Origin: Longimicrobiales bacterium
GTDB taxonomy: Bacteria > Gemmatimonadota > Gemmatimonadetes > Longimicrobiales > Gaopeijiaceae
DNA: 64,000 nt
Assembly: GCA_965116905.1 (NCBI GenBank)
Contig: OZ220732.1
Location: 2,688,001 to 2,752,000, forward strand
Direction of reading: 5' to 3'
The notes below the pieces were generated by a model. That model was not told the origin of the DNA. It was given only the letters and a program-made list of their open reading frames with translations, and did no database searches. Positions 54,826 through 63,820 of the stretch are shown piece after piece (the stretch's first letter is position 1; every line of letters starts with the position of its first letter). The translations under genes were made by a program, and so were the position numbers.

Positions 54826-55604
54826 GCCGGGCCATGGATGTCCCGTCGGTGTCGCGGCAATTCGCCGCGGGCGTAGCCATATTGACGCTACAACGTGAGC
54901 ACAAGAGGAACGCCCTGAACGCGGCGCTGGTCGGTGAGCTCCGCGAGGCGCTCGCGGCGGCCGACGGAGACGAGTCGGTCCGCGTGATCGCGATCCGGGG
55001 TGCCGGGAGGGACTTCTGCGCCGGTGCCGACCTCGAGGAGATCGCCGCGTCACAGGCAGGGGGACTCGAGGCGGCGCGGACCGATGCCCAGCACCTCGGA
55101 GCGCTGTTCCGGGAGATGCGGCAGGCCTCCAGGCCGGTGGTTGCGGTCGTGCGGGGGCGGGCGCTGGGCGGCGGATGCGGCCTGGCGACGGCCTGCGATC
55201 TGGTCCTGGCAAGCGAGACGGCGGCGTTCGGGTATCCAGAGGTGCATCTTGGTTTCGTGCCGGCGCTCGTGATGGCCATGCTGAGAAGGAAGGTCGGGGA
55301 ATCGGCTGCGTTCGAGCTGGCCGTGCGGGGCCACCGGATCGATGCGGCGGAGGCGGCGTCCATCGGCCTGGTCACCCGCGTGTTCCCCGAGGCGGGATTT
55401 CAGACAGCGGTGGACGACTACTTGCGTGATCTCGCGAGCCGCCCCCCCGGAGCGGTTTCTCTGACCAAGCGTCTCTTCTACGGCATCGAGGGCGCCGGCT
55501 TCGGCGACGCCATCGCACGGGGAGCCGAGGTGAATGCCGCCGCTCGGTTGACCGACGAGTGCCGCGAAGGCGTCCGCCGTTTCCTGCGAAAGAAGGGCGG
55601 CTGA
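54822..55604 (+). CDS. enoyl-CoA hydratase/isomerase (methylglutaconyl-CoA hydratase-like)
   Basis: KRNAL, FCAGADL, ALGGGCGL, PEVHLG and REGVRRFL motifs. Confidence 0.9.
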   Translation: MSRAMDVPSVSRQFAAGVAILTLQREHKRNALNAALVGELREALAAADGDESVRVIAIRGAGRDFCAGADLEEIAASQAGGLEAARTDAQHLGALFREMRQASRPVVAVVRGRALGGGCGLATACDLVLASETAAFGYPEVHLGFVPALVMAMLRRKVGESAAFELAVRGHRIDAAEAASIGLVTRVFPEAGFQTAVDDYLRDLASRPPGAVSLTKRLFYGIEGAGFGDAIARGAEVNAAARLTDECREGVRRFLRKKGG

Positions 55605-55615
55605 GGGCTCACAAG

Positions 55616-55810
55616 ATGTTTCGTCCGTCCAGCTACAAGTCCGGGGAGCCGGACCGATTCCTGACGTGGAAAGTCCGCGCGTTCGTGATCGGGGCCGCGC
55701 TGGCCCTTGCGGGGATGGCGTTCGCGGTCGACTGGCTCGTGTGGTCCGGGATCGGGGTTCTGGCCCTTGGGCTGTTGCTTCGCTTCCTGCCCGCACGAGA
55801 CGACTCCTGA
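55616..55810 (+). CDS. small two-TM hypothetical protein
   Basis: 64 aa, two hydrophobic helices, fills the gap between operon genes. Confidence 0.6.
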   Translation: MFRPSSYKSGEPDRFLTWKVRAFVIGAALALAGMAFAVDWLVWSGIGVLALGLLLRFLPARDDS

Positions 55811-55879
55811 CCCGGGCCACCTGGACGCCGTCCCACCAGACCATTCCCGTGTCCCGTGATTCTCGCTTCGTTGCCGGGC

Positions 55880-57400
55880 ATGGCAACGAGGGACGACCGC
55901 TCTCTGGCGCGTGACGCCCGCGCAATCCTGAGGGCGAAATTCGGATTCGACGGTTTCAGGCCGGGGCAGGAACGCCTGATCGTCAGCGTTCTGTCGGGCA
56001 GGGACACGCTGGGCGTACTCCCGACGGGCGGAGGCAAGACCCTGTGCTACCAGCTTCCCGCGTTCATGTTGACGGGCGTCGTGCTGGTGGTCAGCCCGCT
56101 CATTTCGCTGATGAAGGATCAGGTCGACCGCGCGCGCCGCATCGGGCTGCGGGCGGCCTCGCTCACGTCCCAGGATCCGCGCGACGCGCAACTGCGGTAC
56201 GAACGCCTGCTCCGACAGGGGCAGCTCGATCTCCTCTTCTGCTCGCCGGAGCGCCTGGAAGCGCCGCGGCTCCGGGATATCCTGCGCCGCACGGGGGTCT
56301 CGCTGATCACCGTCGACGAAGCCCACTGCATTTCTGAATGGGGTCACGAGTTTCGCCCGGCGTTCCGCCGCATGCTGCCGCTCCGCGAGATCGTCGCCGC
56401 ACCGGTGCTGGCTGTGACCGCCACCGCCACGCCGGCGGTCCGGGACGACATCGTACGGGTGCTGGGAATGAACGACCCGGCGAGGGTCGTCACCTCCTTC
56501 GACCGCCCCAACATCCGCTGGATGGTGGCGAGGCGGAGATCCGGTCCCGAGCGCATCCGCGCCATGGTCCGCCTGGTCCGGCGAGCCCCTCCGGAGTGTG
56601 CCGCGCGGGCGCTGATCGTCTATGCACCTACGCGGCGCCTCGTCGTGAGCGTGCGCAGGGCTCTGGCCAGCCGGGGCGTGGTTGGCGACGCCTATCACGC
56701 GGCTCTCCCCGGCGAGGAACGTCAGGCGGTCCAGGAGCGTTTCATGTCGGGAGCCTCGAACGTGGTTGTGGCGACGTGCGCTTTCGGCATGGGGATCGAC
56801 CGCGGCGACGTATGGGCCGTCTTCCACTACGCCTTCCCCGGTTCGCTGGAGAGCTATTACCAGGAGGCCGGGCGAGCCGGACGCGACGGTACCGACTCAC
56901 TGGCGCTGGGCTTCGTGCACCGGGACGACTGGCGTGTTCCGGAGGGTTTTCTGGCGCGCGCCTACCCCAGGCCACGAGACGTGCTGGCCCTGCTGCGGAA
57001 ACTCCGGGCATCCGGGCGGGCGTGGCCGGGCGCCTCGGGGCGACGGGCCCCGGTCCCGGACGACGGCAACGCGCCTCATTTCAAGTGGCTCATGCGCTCC
57101 GGTGCCCTTCGGCTCGATCCGGCGCTGGCCGAGTGGGTGGCCAACTGGCCCGATGGTGAGTCGGAGGGCCCGCCCCGCGTCGGGGGACGCGCCATCGTCG
57201 TCACGGGTGAGGCCCCCGATCTCGGTCCGCTCGTGGCCGCGCGCGGCCAGGCCGTGGACCGTTTGAAGGCCATGAGACACTACTGCGGCCGCCGGGGATG
57301 CCGGAGATTGGCGCTTTTGCGTTACCTTGGAGAAGTGCCCGGCTGGCGGTCATGCGGCTCGTGCGACAGGTGCGAGCGTCGCTGGGGCTTCAGGCGCTGA
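55880..57400 (+). CDS. RecQ-family DNA helicase (short, no HRDC domain)
   Basis: PTGGGKT, VDEAHCISEWGHEFRP, TATAT, AFGMGID, YYQEAGRAGRDG and Zn site CRR...CGSCDRC. Confidence 0.92.
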   Translation: MATRDDRSLARDARAILRAKFGFDGFRPGQERLIVSVLSGRDTLGVLPTGGGKTLCYQLPAFMLTGVVLVVSPLISLMKDQVDRARRIGLRAASLTSQDPRDAQLRYERLLRQGQLDLLFCSPERLEAPRLRDILRRTGVSLITVDEAHCISEWGHEFRPAFRRMLPLREIVAAPVLAVTATATPAVRDDIVRVLGMNDPARVVTSFDRPNIRWMVARRRSGPERIRAMVRLVRRAPPECAARALIVYAPTRRLVVSVRRALASRGVVGDAYHAALPGEERQAVQERFMSGASNVVVATCAFGMGIDRGDVWAVFHYAFPGSLESYYQEAGRAGRDGTDSLALGFVHRDDWRVPEGFLARAYPRPRDVLALLRKLRASGRAWPGASGRRAPVPDDGNAPHFKWLMRSGALRLDPALAEWVANWPDGESEGPPRVGGRAIVVTGEAPDLGPLVAARGQAVDRLKAMRHYCGRRGCRRLALLRYLGEVPGWRSCGSCDRCERRWGFRR

Positions 57401-57439
57401 ACACCGGCCGGCCGAGAATCATCCCTTTTTCGCTGCTCG

Positions 57440-58651
57440 ATGTTCCCATACCTGGACCGCGGTCACATAGATCTCCAGGCCGATGTGCGCCGTTTTGCGC
57501 TCGAGGCCGTCGCTCCCGTGGCGCGGGAGCTCGACGAGACCGGCCGTTTTCCGTGGGACAATGTCAAGGCAATGGCCGAACGCGGCTGGCTCGGCGTCCC
57601 CGTGCCCTGCGAGCTGTCCGGAATGGGACTCGACTATCTCAGCTACGTCCTTGTCGTCGAGGAGCTTGCCCGACACGACGCCAGTCACGCGATCACGGTC
57701 TCCGCGCACACGACCCTGGGCACGGCGCCCATTCTCGCATTCGGATCGGATGCCCAGAAGGAGCGGTTCATACCGCTGCTGGCCTCCGGACAGGTGCTGG
57801 GCGGATTCGGGCTGACCGAACCCGGTGCCGGCTCGGACGCTTCCGGCACGCGCACGAGAGCCGTGGCCGCGGACGGTGGCTACAGCATCACCGGCAGCAA
57901 GATCTTCATCACGCACTCGGGCGTGGGCGAGATCTTCGTGGTCACCGCCGTGACGACACCGGATCGGGGCCATCGCGGGATCACCAGCTTCATCGTGTGC
58001 AAGCCGACGTGCGACCTGGAAGAGTCGGCGCGAGTCGGCGTGGGGCACCGTCCCGAGCTTCCGTATTCGGCCGGTGTCACTCCGGGAGCCCGCGAAGACA
58101 AGCTCGGCTGGCGGGCTTCGGACACCCGCGAACTCCACCTGCAGGACGCCTGGGTCTGCCAGGACCAGCGGCTGGGGCCCGAGGGCGAAGGGTTCACGAA
58201 CTTCATGCGTACGCTCGATGCCGGCCGTATCGGCATTGCAGCGCTCTCGCTCGGAATCGCACAGGGGGCTCTGGACGAGGCGGTCCGATACACAGGTCGG
58301 AGGCGCCAGTTCAAGCGACCCGTCTGGGATTTCCAGGACATCCGGTTTTCGCTGGCCGAAGTTGCCGCGGCGATCCAGGGCGCTCGGCATCTGACCTATC
58401 ACGCGGCCTGGCTCAAGGACAGGGACCTCCCCTTCGCGAAGGAAGCGGCCATGGCGAAACTCACCGCGTCGGAGCTGGCGGCAAGGTCGGCTCGCGTGGC
58501 GGTGCAGGCGCTTGGCGGCGCGGGCTACACCACCGATCACCCCGTCGAGCGGATGATGCGGGACGCGAAGGCCTGCGAGATCGGAGAGGGCACCAGCGAA
58601 ATCCAGAAAACCGTAATTGCCCGGCACCTTGCACGGGAATACGCCTCATGA
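57440..58651 (+). CDS. acyl-CoA dehydrogenase
   Basis: GLTEPGAGSD, GSKIFIT, KLGWRASDT, GRIGIAA, GGAGY and EIGEGTSEIQ motifs. Confidence 0.94.
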   Translation: MFPYLDRGHIDLQADVRRFALEAVAPVARELDETGRFPWDNVKAMAERGWLGVPVPCELSGMGLDYLSYVLVVEELARHDASHAITVSAHTTLGTAPILAFGSDAQKERFIPLLASGQVLGGFGLTEPGAGSDASGTRTRAVAADGGYSITGSKIFITHSGVGEIFVVTAVTTPDRGHRGITSFIVCKPTCDLEESARVGVGHRPELPYSAGVTPGAREDKLGWRASDTRELHLQDAWVCQDQRLGPEGEGFTNFMRTLDAGRIGIAALSLGIAQGALDEAVRYTGRRRQFKRPVWDFQDIRFSLAEVAAAIQGARHLTYHAAWLKDRDLPFAKEAAMAKLTASELAARSARVAVQALGGAGYTTDHPVERMMRDAKACEIGEGTSEIQKTVIARHLAREYAS

Positions 58652-58840
58652 TTCGTCCAGTCGGTTCGGGTCATGCGGCGCTCTCCGAGGTGCCGAGACG
58701 AATTCATGATCCAAGGTTCGGAGGCGTTGTCGCCGAGCCCGGTCGCCGGCTTGCGTACCACGCCCGACTGTGGCGGTTGCGTGGCCGGGGCGGGCGGCAC
58801 AGGCGCCGACCGATCACGGATCCACAGTGGGAGAGACGAA

Positions 58841-60376
58841 TTGAAGAGAGAAATCCTGATCAGCACCTCGGACGAAGAGTCCTGGGTGGCGATCACAGAA
58901 GACGGCACACTTGCCGAACTCATGTTCGACCGGCCGGATCAGGGCCGGCTTGTCGGTGACATATTCCTCGGCCGTGTCGAGTCGGTACTGCCCGGCATTC
59001 AGGCCGCGTTTGTAGACATCGGCGAAGGAAAGGCGGGGTTTCTGCACGCGGCAGACCTCGCAAGACGCTCCGAAAACGGCGAATCCGATGACGGAGGGGG
59101 GCGCCGGCCACGCGGGCGCGACCGCAGTGCACCTCCGATCCAGGAGGTCCTGAAGAGGGGCCAGAAGATCCTGGTGAAGGTGACCAAGGAGGCGATCTCG
59201 ACGAAGGGGCCAAGGGTCACGACCGAGATATCGCTCCCCGGCCGTTTCCTTGTATACATGCCCGATACCGACCATGTGGGAGTGAGCCGGAAGATCGGAC
59301 ACCGACGTGAACGCGCCCGACTGCGCAGCATGGCCAAGGCGGTTGTGGAGGACGGTTCCGGCGGCGTGATCGTGCGTACCGCGGGCGAAGAACTGACGCC
59401 CGGGCGCCTGGAGAGCGAGTATCGCCATCTGCGCAAGCAGTGGCGCTCGATCCGCAAGAAGGCGGACAGGTCCGAGGCCCCCGCGCTGGTCCACGCCGAG
59501 GCGAAGCTGATCTCCGGAGTGATCCGGGACCTCTTCACCAACCGCTTCGACGGCGTCACGGTCGATGACCGGGACGTCCACCGGCAGATCGTCCAATACG
59601 TCCGGACCTTCGATCCCGATCTGCTCGATCGGGTCCACTACTATGCCGAGGAAGAGCCCCTGTTCGATCACGCCGGGATAGAGACGGACATTCAACGAGC
59701 CTTCGAGAGCAAGGTCGATCTCCCGTCCGGCGGGCACGTGATCATCGAACAGACCGAAGCGCTGGTGTCCGTGGACGTCAATACCGGGCGTTTCACCGGC
59801 AAGAAGAAGGACCCCGAGCAGACGATTCTGAAGACCAACCTGGACGCCGCCCGCGAGATCGCGGCGCAGCTCCGGCTGCGCGACATCGGCGGCATCATCG
59901 TCATCGACTTCATCGACATGGAGTCGCAGGAGAACCGGGACAGAGTCCTGCACGAACTGCGAACCTGTCTGGGCCGGGATCGGGCGCGCACGCGCACATG
60001 GGAGGTATCGGACCTCGGGTTGATCGAGATGACCCGGCAGCGCGTCCGTCCTTCGCTGCTGCAGTCGCTCACCGAACCCTGCGCCGCGTGCGACGGTAGC
60101 GGGCACGTGTGGACACCCACAACGATCGTCAGGGAGATCGAGCGCTGCGTGAGAAGGGCCGCTGCGGCCGGGGAGACGCAGGACATCCTGGTGCGGGTCC
60201 ATCCGGAGGTCGCGCTGCAGGTCATGGAATCCGAACCGCAGTTCCTGCGCAAGCTCAAGCGTCGGACCCGGCTGCGCCTGGATCTGCGGGACGATCCGCT
60301 CATGCGCCATGACGAGTTCCGGCTTCTGGCGGGGCGTGCCCGATCGGATGTGACGGCCAAGTACCGGGCGGCCTAG
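58841..60376 (+). CDS. Rne/Rng family ribonuclease
   Basis: QAAFVDIG, VDVNTG, LRLRDIGGIIVIDFIDM and CAACDG motifs; TTG start. Confidence 0.94.
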   Translation: MKREILISTSDEESWVAITEDGTLAELMFDRPDQGRLVGDIFLGRVESVLPGIQAAFVDIGEGKAGFLHAADLARRSENGESDDGGGRRPRGRDRSAPPIQEVLKRGQKILVKVTKEAISTKGPRVTTEISLPGRFLVYMPDTDHVGVSRKIGHRRERARLRSMAKAVVEDGSGGVIVRTAGEELTPGRLESEYRHLRKQWRSIRKKADRSEAPALVHAEAKLISGVIRDLFTNRFDGVTVDDRDVHRQIVQYVRTFDPDLLDRVHYYAEEEPLFDHAGIETDIQRAFESKVDLPSGGHVIIEQTEALVSVDVNTGRFTGKKKDPEQTILKTNLDAAREIAAQLRLRDIGGIIVIDFIDMESQENRDRVLHELRTCLGRDRARTRTWEVSDLGLIEMTRQRVRPSLLQSLTEPCAACDGSGHVWTPTTIVREIERCVRRAAAAGETQDILVRVHPEVALQVMESEPQFLRKLKRRTRLRLDLRDDPLMRHDEFRLLAGRARSDVTAKYRAA

Positions 60377-60472
60377 GCCGGTTTCCCGGAGGTTGACCTT
60401 GGGCTCCGTGTAGATGACCTTTACAGGCTGCCCAGCGTCTGCCGGGCAGCGACTCGTCAGTAGACACCAACG

Positions 60473-60805
60473 ATGGACGCGCAAATGTTCGCTGTATTCA
60501 GGACGGGCGGGAAGCAGTTTCGTGCCGAGCCGGGTGCGACCCTGCTGATCCCCACGCTGGACGCGGAGCCGGGGACCACCGTCACCTTCGAGGAGGTGCT
60601 GTTGGCGTCCGAGGGGGGCGAGGGCGGAGAGGTCTCGGTGGGGGCGCCCGTGCTGGAAGGCGCCAAGGTAACGGCAGAGGTGGTGGCGCACGACCGGACG
60701 AAGAAGATCACGGTGTTCAAGCGCAAGCGGCGCAAGGGCTACCGGCGCAAGCAGGGACACCGGCAGGGCTTCACCGTGGTACGCGTCGCCGATATCGCCG
60801 TCTAG
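60473..60805 (+). CDS. rplU: 50S ribosomal protein L21
   Basis: [10 protein letters not shown] and [17 protein letters not shown] motifs. Start at 60473 or 60485. Confidence 0.97.
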   Translation: MDAQMFAVFRTGGKQFRAEPGATLLIPTLDAEPGTTVTFEEVLLASEGGEGGEVSVGAPVLEGAKVTAEVVAHDRTKKITVFKRKRRKGYRRKQGHRQGFTVVRVADIAV

Positions 60806-60816
60806 GAGGGATCCAA

Positions 60817-61074
60817 ATGGCTCATAAGAAAGGTGTCGGGTCGTCCCGGAACGGACGCGACAGCAACCCAAAACGTTTGGGCGTAAAGCGTTATGCAGGT
60901 GAGCGCGTGTTGGCCGGCAACATCCTGGTTCGCCAGCGCGGGACGCGTTTCCACCCGGGCAACAACGTGGGGAGAGGTCGGGACGATACCCTGTTCGCCA
61001 AGGCCGACGGTGTCGTGAAGTTCGAGAATCTCCGTCGGCGCCGGGTCGTTTCGGTCTACGACCAGGCCGGCTAG
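60817..61074 (+). CDS. rpmA: 50S ribosomal protein L27
   Basis: [16 protein letters not shown] and [10 protein letters not shown] motifs. Confidence 0.98.
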   Translation: MAHKKGVGSSRNGRDSNPKRLGVKRYAGERVLAGNILVRQRGTRFHPGNNVGRGRDDTLFAKADGVVKFENLRRRRVVSVYDQAG

Positions 61075-61150
61075 GGGGCGATCGGCGGGCCCGTTTCGGG
61101 CTGTCGCGCGCAGGAGTATTCCGCTCGCGGAAGTGCCGATTCTCCACCCC

Positions 61151-61192
61151 GAAAAGAAAAAGCTTGCGCTTTTCCAATTCATGTATTAAAGT
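61151..61192 (+). promoter_or_regulatory. strong sigma70-type promoter with UP-like A tract
   Basis: GAAAAGAAAAA at 61151-61161, TTGCGC 61164-61169, 17-nt spacer, TAAAGT 61187-61192. Confidence 0.75.
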
Positions 61193-61196
61193 GGTT

Positions 61197-61569
61197 TCCC
61201 CGAGGCGGAAGAGACGGACCGCAAGGAACGGAGCTGAAGCACCGGGGAGGGCCTCGAAAAGGCCGTCGCAGGGGGGAAACCCCCGGCAGATGGAACCGGG
61301 CGAGGTCCTAGGCGCCGAGAACGCCGGTGACGGGGTTCGAGGCGAGCGCGGTCTCTGGTTCGGCGGAGATTGCGACGGCTGCAGGGTCGCTGGAAGCAGC
61401 CGAAGTCCCTGGGAACGGGGGACGGCCTGGACGGCGGGAACGCCGGAAGGGTGAAGAGACGGAGAACCGGCCGTCGCACATGACGGCGCCGGAACGGAAC
61501 TCTCTGGACTCGCCAGCGAACGAAGCCCCCGAGCGGGTAGTGTGCTGCCCGCCGGGGGCTTCCTTTATT
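61197..61569 (+). ncRNA. candidate ~370-nt structured non-coding RNA of unknown family
   Basis: Lies between a promoter and a terminator; multiple GNRA-capped hairpins, a 10-bp long-range helix, duplicated motifs and 18 GGA. No credible ORF. Confidence 0.65.
61522..61569 (+). terminator. intrinsic terminator-like hairpin, possibly bidirectional
   Basis: GAAGCCCCCG-A-GCGGGTAG-TGTG-CTGCCCGC-CGGGGGCTTC followed by CTTTATT. Confidence 0.75.
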
Positions 61570-61586
61570 CGGCTGGGTCGTCCCGT

Positions 61587-61976
61587 TTATTCGCCAGGGT
61601 CGTCCGAAGCAGGGTCGTCCGAAGCAGGGTCGTCCAGGGCAGCGTCCTCCGAGGTGAACTGCCGGGTTCGCGCCGATGCGATGACCTTCCAGATCAGATC
61701 GCGCACCAGTTCCTCGTCCAGGCCCGAGTCACGCGCCAGAACGGCGGCCCTCCTCACCACCGCCGCCTCTCGTTGCGGATCGGTGACGGGTAGCCCCAGG
61801 CGCTTCTTGAACTCTCCGATCCGGATCACGAGATCACGGCGCCGGGCCAGGATCTCGACCAGCCGTTGATCACATTCGAGTACGGCATCGCGCAACCGCG
61901 CCATGTCGTCGCTCCAGGCCCGGGCACGCTCACCGCGGGCAGCGCCCTGCTCCGAACGGGCGTCTTCGCTAGGCAT
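61587..61976 (-). CDS. chorismate mutase (AroQ type)
   Basis: LRDAVLECDQRLVEILARR..V.RIGEFK and PVTDPQRE motifs; 15-bp repeats at 61595-61654 encode a DDPAS tail. Confidence 0.88.
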   Translation of the reverse strand: MPSEDARSEQGAARGERARAWSDDMARLRDAVLECDQRLVEILARRRDLVIRIGEFKKRLGLPVTDPQREAAVVRRAAVLARDSGLDEELVRDLIWKVIASARTRQFTSEDAALDDPASDDPASDDPGE

Positions 61977-63432
61977 TCACATACCGATCGACGTGATCCG
62001 CGTCCTGTGCCTTGCCGAGCAAACTCACGACCAGGAGGACGGGTACGTGGACCACCAGCCCCAGGATGCCCTCGTGCATCCCGAACGGCTTGAGTTCCGG
62101 GAACCGGAAGAAGAACACCGAAACGGCCGAGCCGGCCACCAGCCCCCATACGACACCGGCGGTGGTGGCTCTTCTCCAATACATCGCTGACAGCAGCGCG
62201 GGCATGAACTGCCCGATGATCCCGTAGGAAGCGAGCAGGAGGTCCACGAGCGAGAACCTCTCCACCAGCGCGAAGAGGTAGGCCAGGGCTCCGACCGCCA
62301 CGACCAGCACTCGCATCAGCAGTCGCTGCGCCCGATCCGTGAGCCGTGTGAAGGGCTGTACGCCGTCCTGGACGGCGACCGACGCGGCGCCGTGAAGCAG
62401 GGCGTCGCCGGTGGACATGGAGGCGGACAGCGCCCCCGCGCAGAACAGGCCGACCACCAATGCCGGCAGATCGGAGCGCAGGATCAGGAAGGGCAGGATG
62501 AAGTCGGACTGCTCGGGAGACTCCGGGAACATCACGCCGGCGAACCCGATCAGGAAGACGGGAATGAGGAACAGCTGAAACGTGGGAAACAGGATCACGG
62601 TGCGCCGAATCGTCGCATCGCTCCGGGCCGTGAAGGCCTTCATGAACAGGTGCGGCCACATGGTCAGCCCGATCGCGCTCGCGAGGATCGCGGTGGAGTA
62701 CGCTCCCCAGCTCCATGGCTCGCCGCTGCCGTCCAACCCGGGCAGGGACAGCAGCTCCGGGCGGTTGGCGAGGATCTGTTCGAACATCGGACCCACGCCG
62801 CCGTAGAGCCGGTTCGGGAGATAGATGCCGAGTGCCCAGGCGATGCCAACCATGAAGACGCCCTGGAAGGTGTTCGTCCACCCGACCGCGGACACGCCGC
62901 TGGTCAGCACGTAGAGGAGGACGATTCCGTAGGCTACGGCGGCGCCCGCCGCGAGAGGCACCCTGCCGTCGGTCACCGCCTCGATCACAATTCCGGCGCC
63001 GCGCATCTGGATGGTGACGTACGGAATGAACGCCGCCAGGGTGAGGAGCGCCATGACCGCCGACAGGGCGCGCGACGGAAAGCGGCCCACGAGCAGCTGC
63101 GCCTGGGTGACGAATCCGAAGCGCCGTCCCAGCGCGGCGGCCTTGGGGCCCATCGCGTACCAGGGGGCCATGCCCAGCACGCCGTAGGTCAGGATGTAGA
63201 ACGCGGCCGCGCCACGAGAGTAGGCCCACCCCGGGCCTCCCAGAAAGGCGAAGGCGGAGAAGACGGTGGCGCCCGTGATGAAGTACATGACGAGGAGGCC
63301 GAAGTCCCGGTCGCCGGCGACAAAGCCCTGGACGCTCCGGGACGCCCGCCTGCCCGCGACGACCCCCACACCAAGCGTCACCGCCAGGTACGCAAAGATG
63401 ATGAAGGTGATGATGCTCGACTTGTCCATCAC
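61969..63432 (-). CDS. sodium:solute symporter family protein
   Basis: GATVFSAFAFLGGPGWAYSRG, IQMRGAG, WTNTFQG and SASMSTGD motifs. Confidence 0.92.
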   Translation of the reverse strand: MMDKSSIITFIIFAYLAVTLGVGVVAGRRASRSVQGFVAGDRDFGLLVMYFITGATVFSAFAFLGGPGWAYSRGAAAFYILTYGVLGMAPWYAMGPKAAALGRRFGFVTQAQLLVGRFPSRALSAVMALLTLAAFIPYVTIQMRGAGIVIEAVTDGRVPLAAGAAVAYGIVLLYVLTSGVSAVGWTNTFQGVFMVGIAWALGIYLPNRLYGGVGPMFEQILANRPELLSLPGLDGSGEPWSWGAYSTAILASAIGLTMWPHLFMKAFTARSDATIRRTVILFPTFQLFLIPVFLIGFAGVMFPESPEQSDFILPFLILRSDLPALVVGLFCAGALSASMSTGDALLHGAASVAVQDGVQPFTRLTDRAQRLLMRVLVVAVGALAYLFALVERFSLVDLLLASYGIIGQFMPALLSAMYWRRATTAGVVWGLVAGSAVSVFFFRFPELKPFGMHEGILGLVVHVPVLLVVSLLGKAQDADHVDRYVNA

Positions 63433-63641
63433 GCGTCATCCGTCCGCGCTCGCGCCGCGTCGAGCCGCCAGAGCACGAAGAGGCTTCCGAGCACCCACAA
63501 TGCGGCCCAGGCCATCTGGCGCGGCAGGCCCAGCACGAACGGATCGGGAGTGTTGACGAGTGCCTGCACCGGCCAGGTGACGGCGCCAGCGAAGGCGATG
63601 TGGTAGATCCAGACGATGCGTTGCCAGTGGCGCAGGGTCAT
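63429..63641 (-). CDS. small SSS-associated membrane protein (DUF3311-like)
   Basis: WPVQALVNTPDPFVLGLP..MAW motif; ATGA overlap with the symporter. Confidence 0.75.
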   Translation of the reverse strand: MTLRHWQRIVWIYHIAFAGAVTWPVQALVNTPDPFVLGLPRQMAWAALWVLGSLFVLWRLDAARARTDDA

Positions 63642-63661
63642 TTGAGGAAGCGTCTCCGGCT

Positions 63662-63765
63662 GATGCGGTCGTGCTCGCAAAGCGATGCGATCGGGCTCGC
63701 GAAGCGATGCGGTCGGGCTCGCGAGCTGATGTGGTCGGGCTCGAGCCGGTGCGGTCGGGCTCGCG
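63662..63765. repeat. ~5 x 22-bp degenerate intergenic tandem repeat (GATGCGGTCGGGCTCGC...)
   Basis: Units start at 63662, 63684, 63706, 63728 and 63748; no unique spacers. Confidence 0.85.
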
Positions 63766-63820
63766 TGCCCAGCCACCGATTCTATCGCGGCGGTGACGCC
63801 GGGGCGAGGGGCCACGCGGT

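Noticed and set aside
60392..60472. Ribosomal L21 leader RNA
   Set aside because: Only a single hairpin (GCTGCCC/GGGCAGC) is visible, which is insufficient to call a conserved leader.
1962..61177. Long overlapping ORFs such as 1962-3887, 10147-12441, 29842-31566 (upstream part), 35184-36959, 40000-42036 and 58814-61177
   Set aside because: Arg/Pro/Gly/Ala-rich shadow frames of well-supported genes, as expected in high-GC DNA.
61197..61569. RNase P RNA, tmRNA or protein-coding ORFs 61164-61454 and 61327-61869
   Set aside because: No GAGGAAAGTCC/AGAACCCGGCTTA-type RNase P motifs and no tRNA-like ends. The ORFs start inside the -35 box or run through the terminator antisense to chorismate mutase, and lack recognisable motifs.
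63662..63765. Possible CRISPR array (also considered 12087-12169 and 593-660)
   Set aside because: Units are contiguous and degenerate with no unique spacers, and no cas genes are present in the window.
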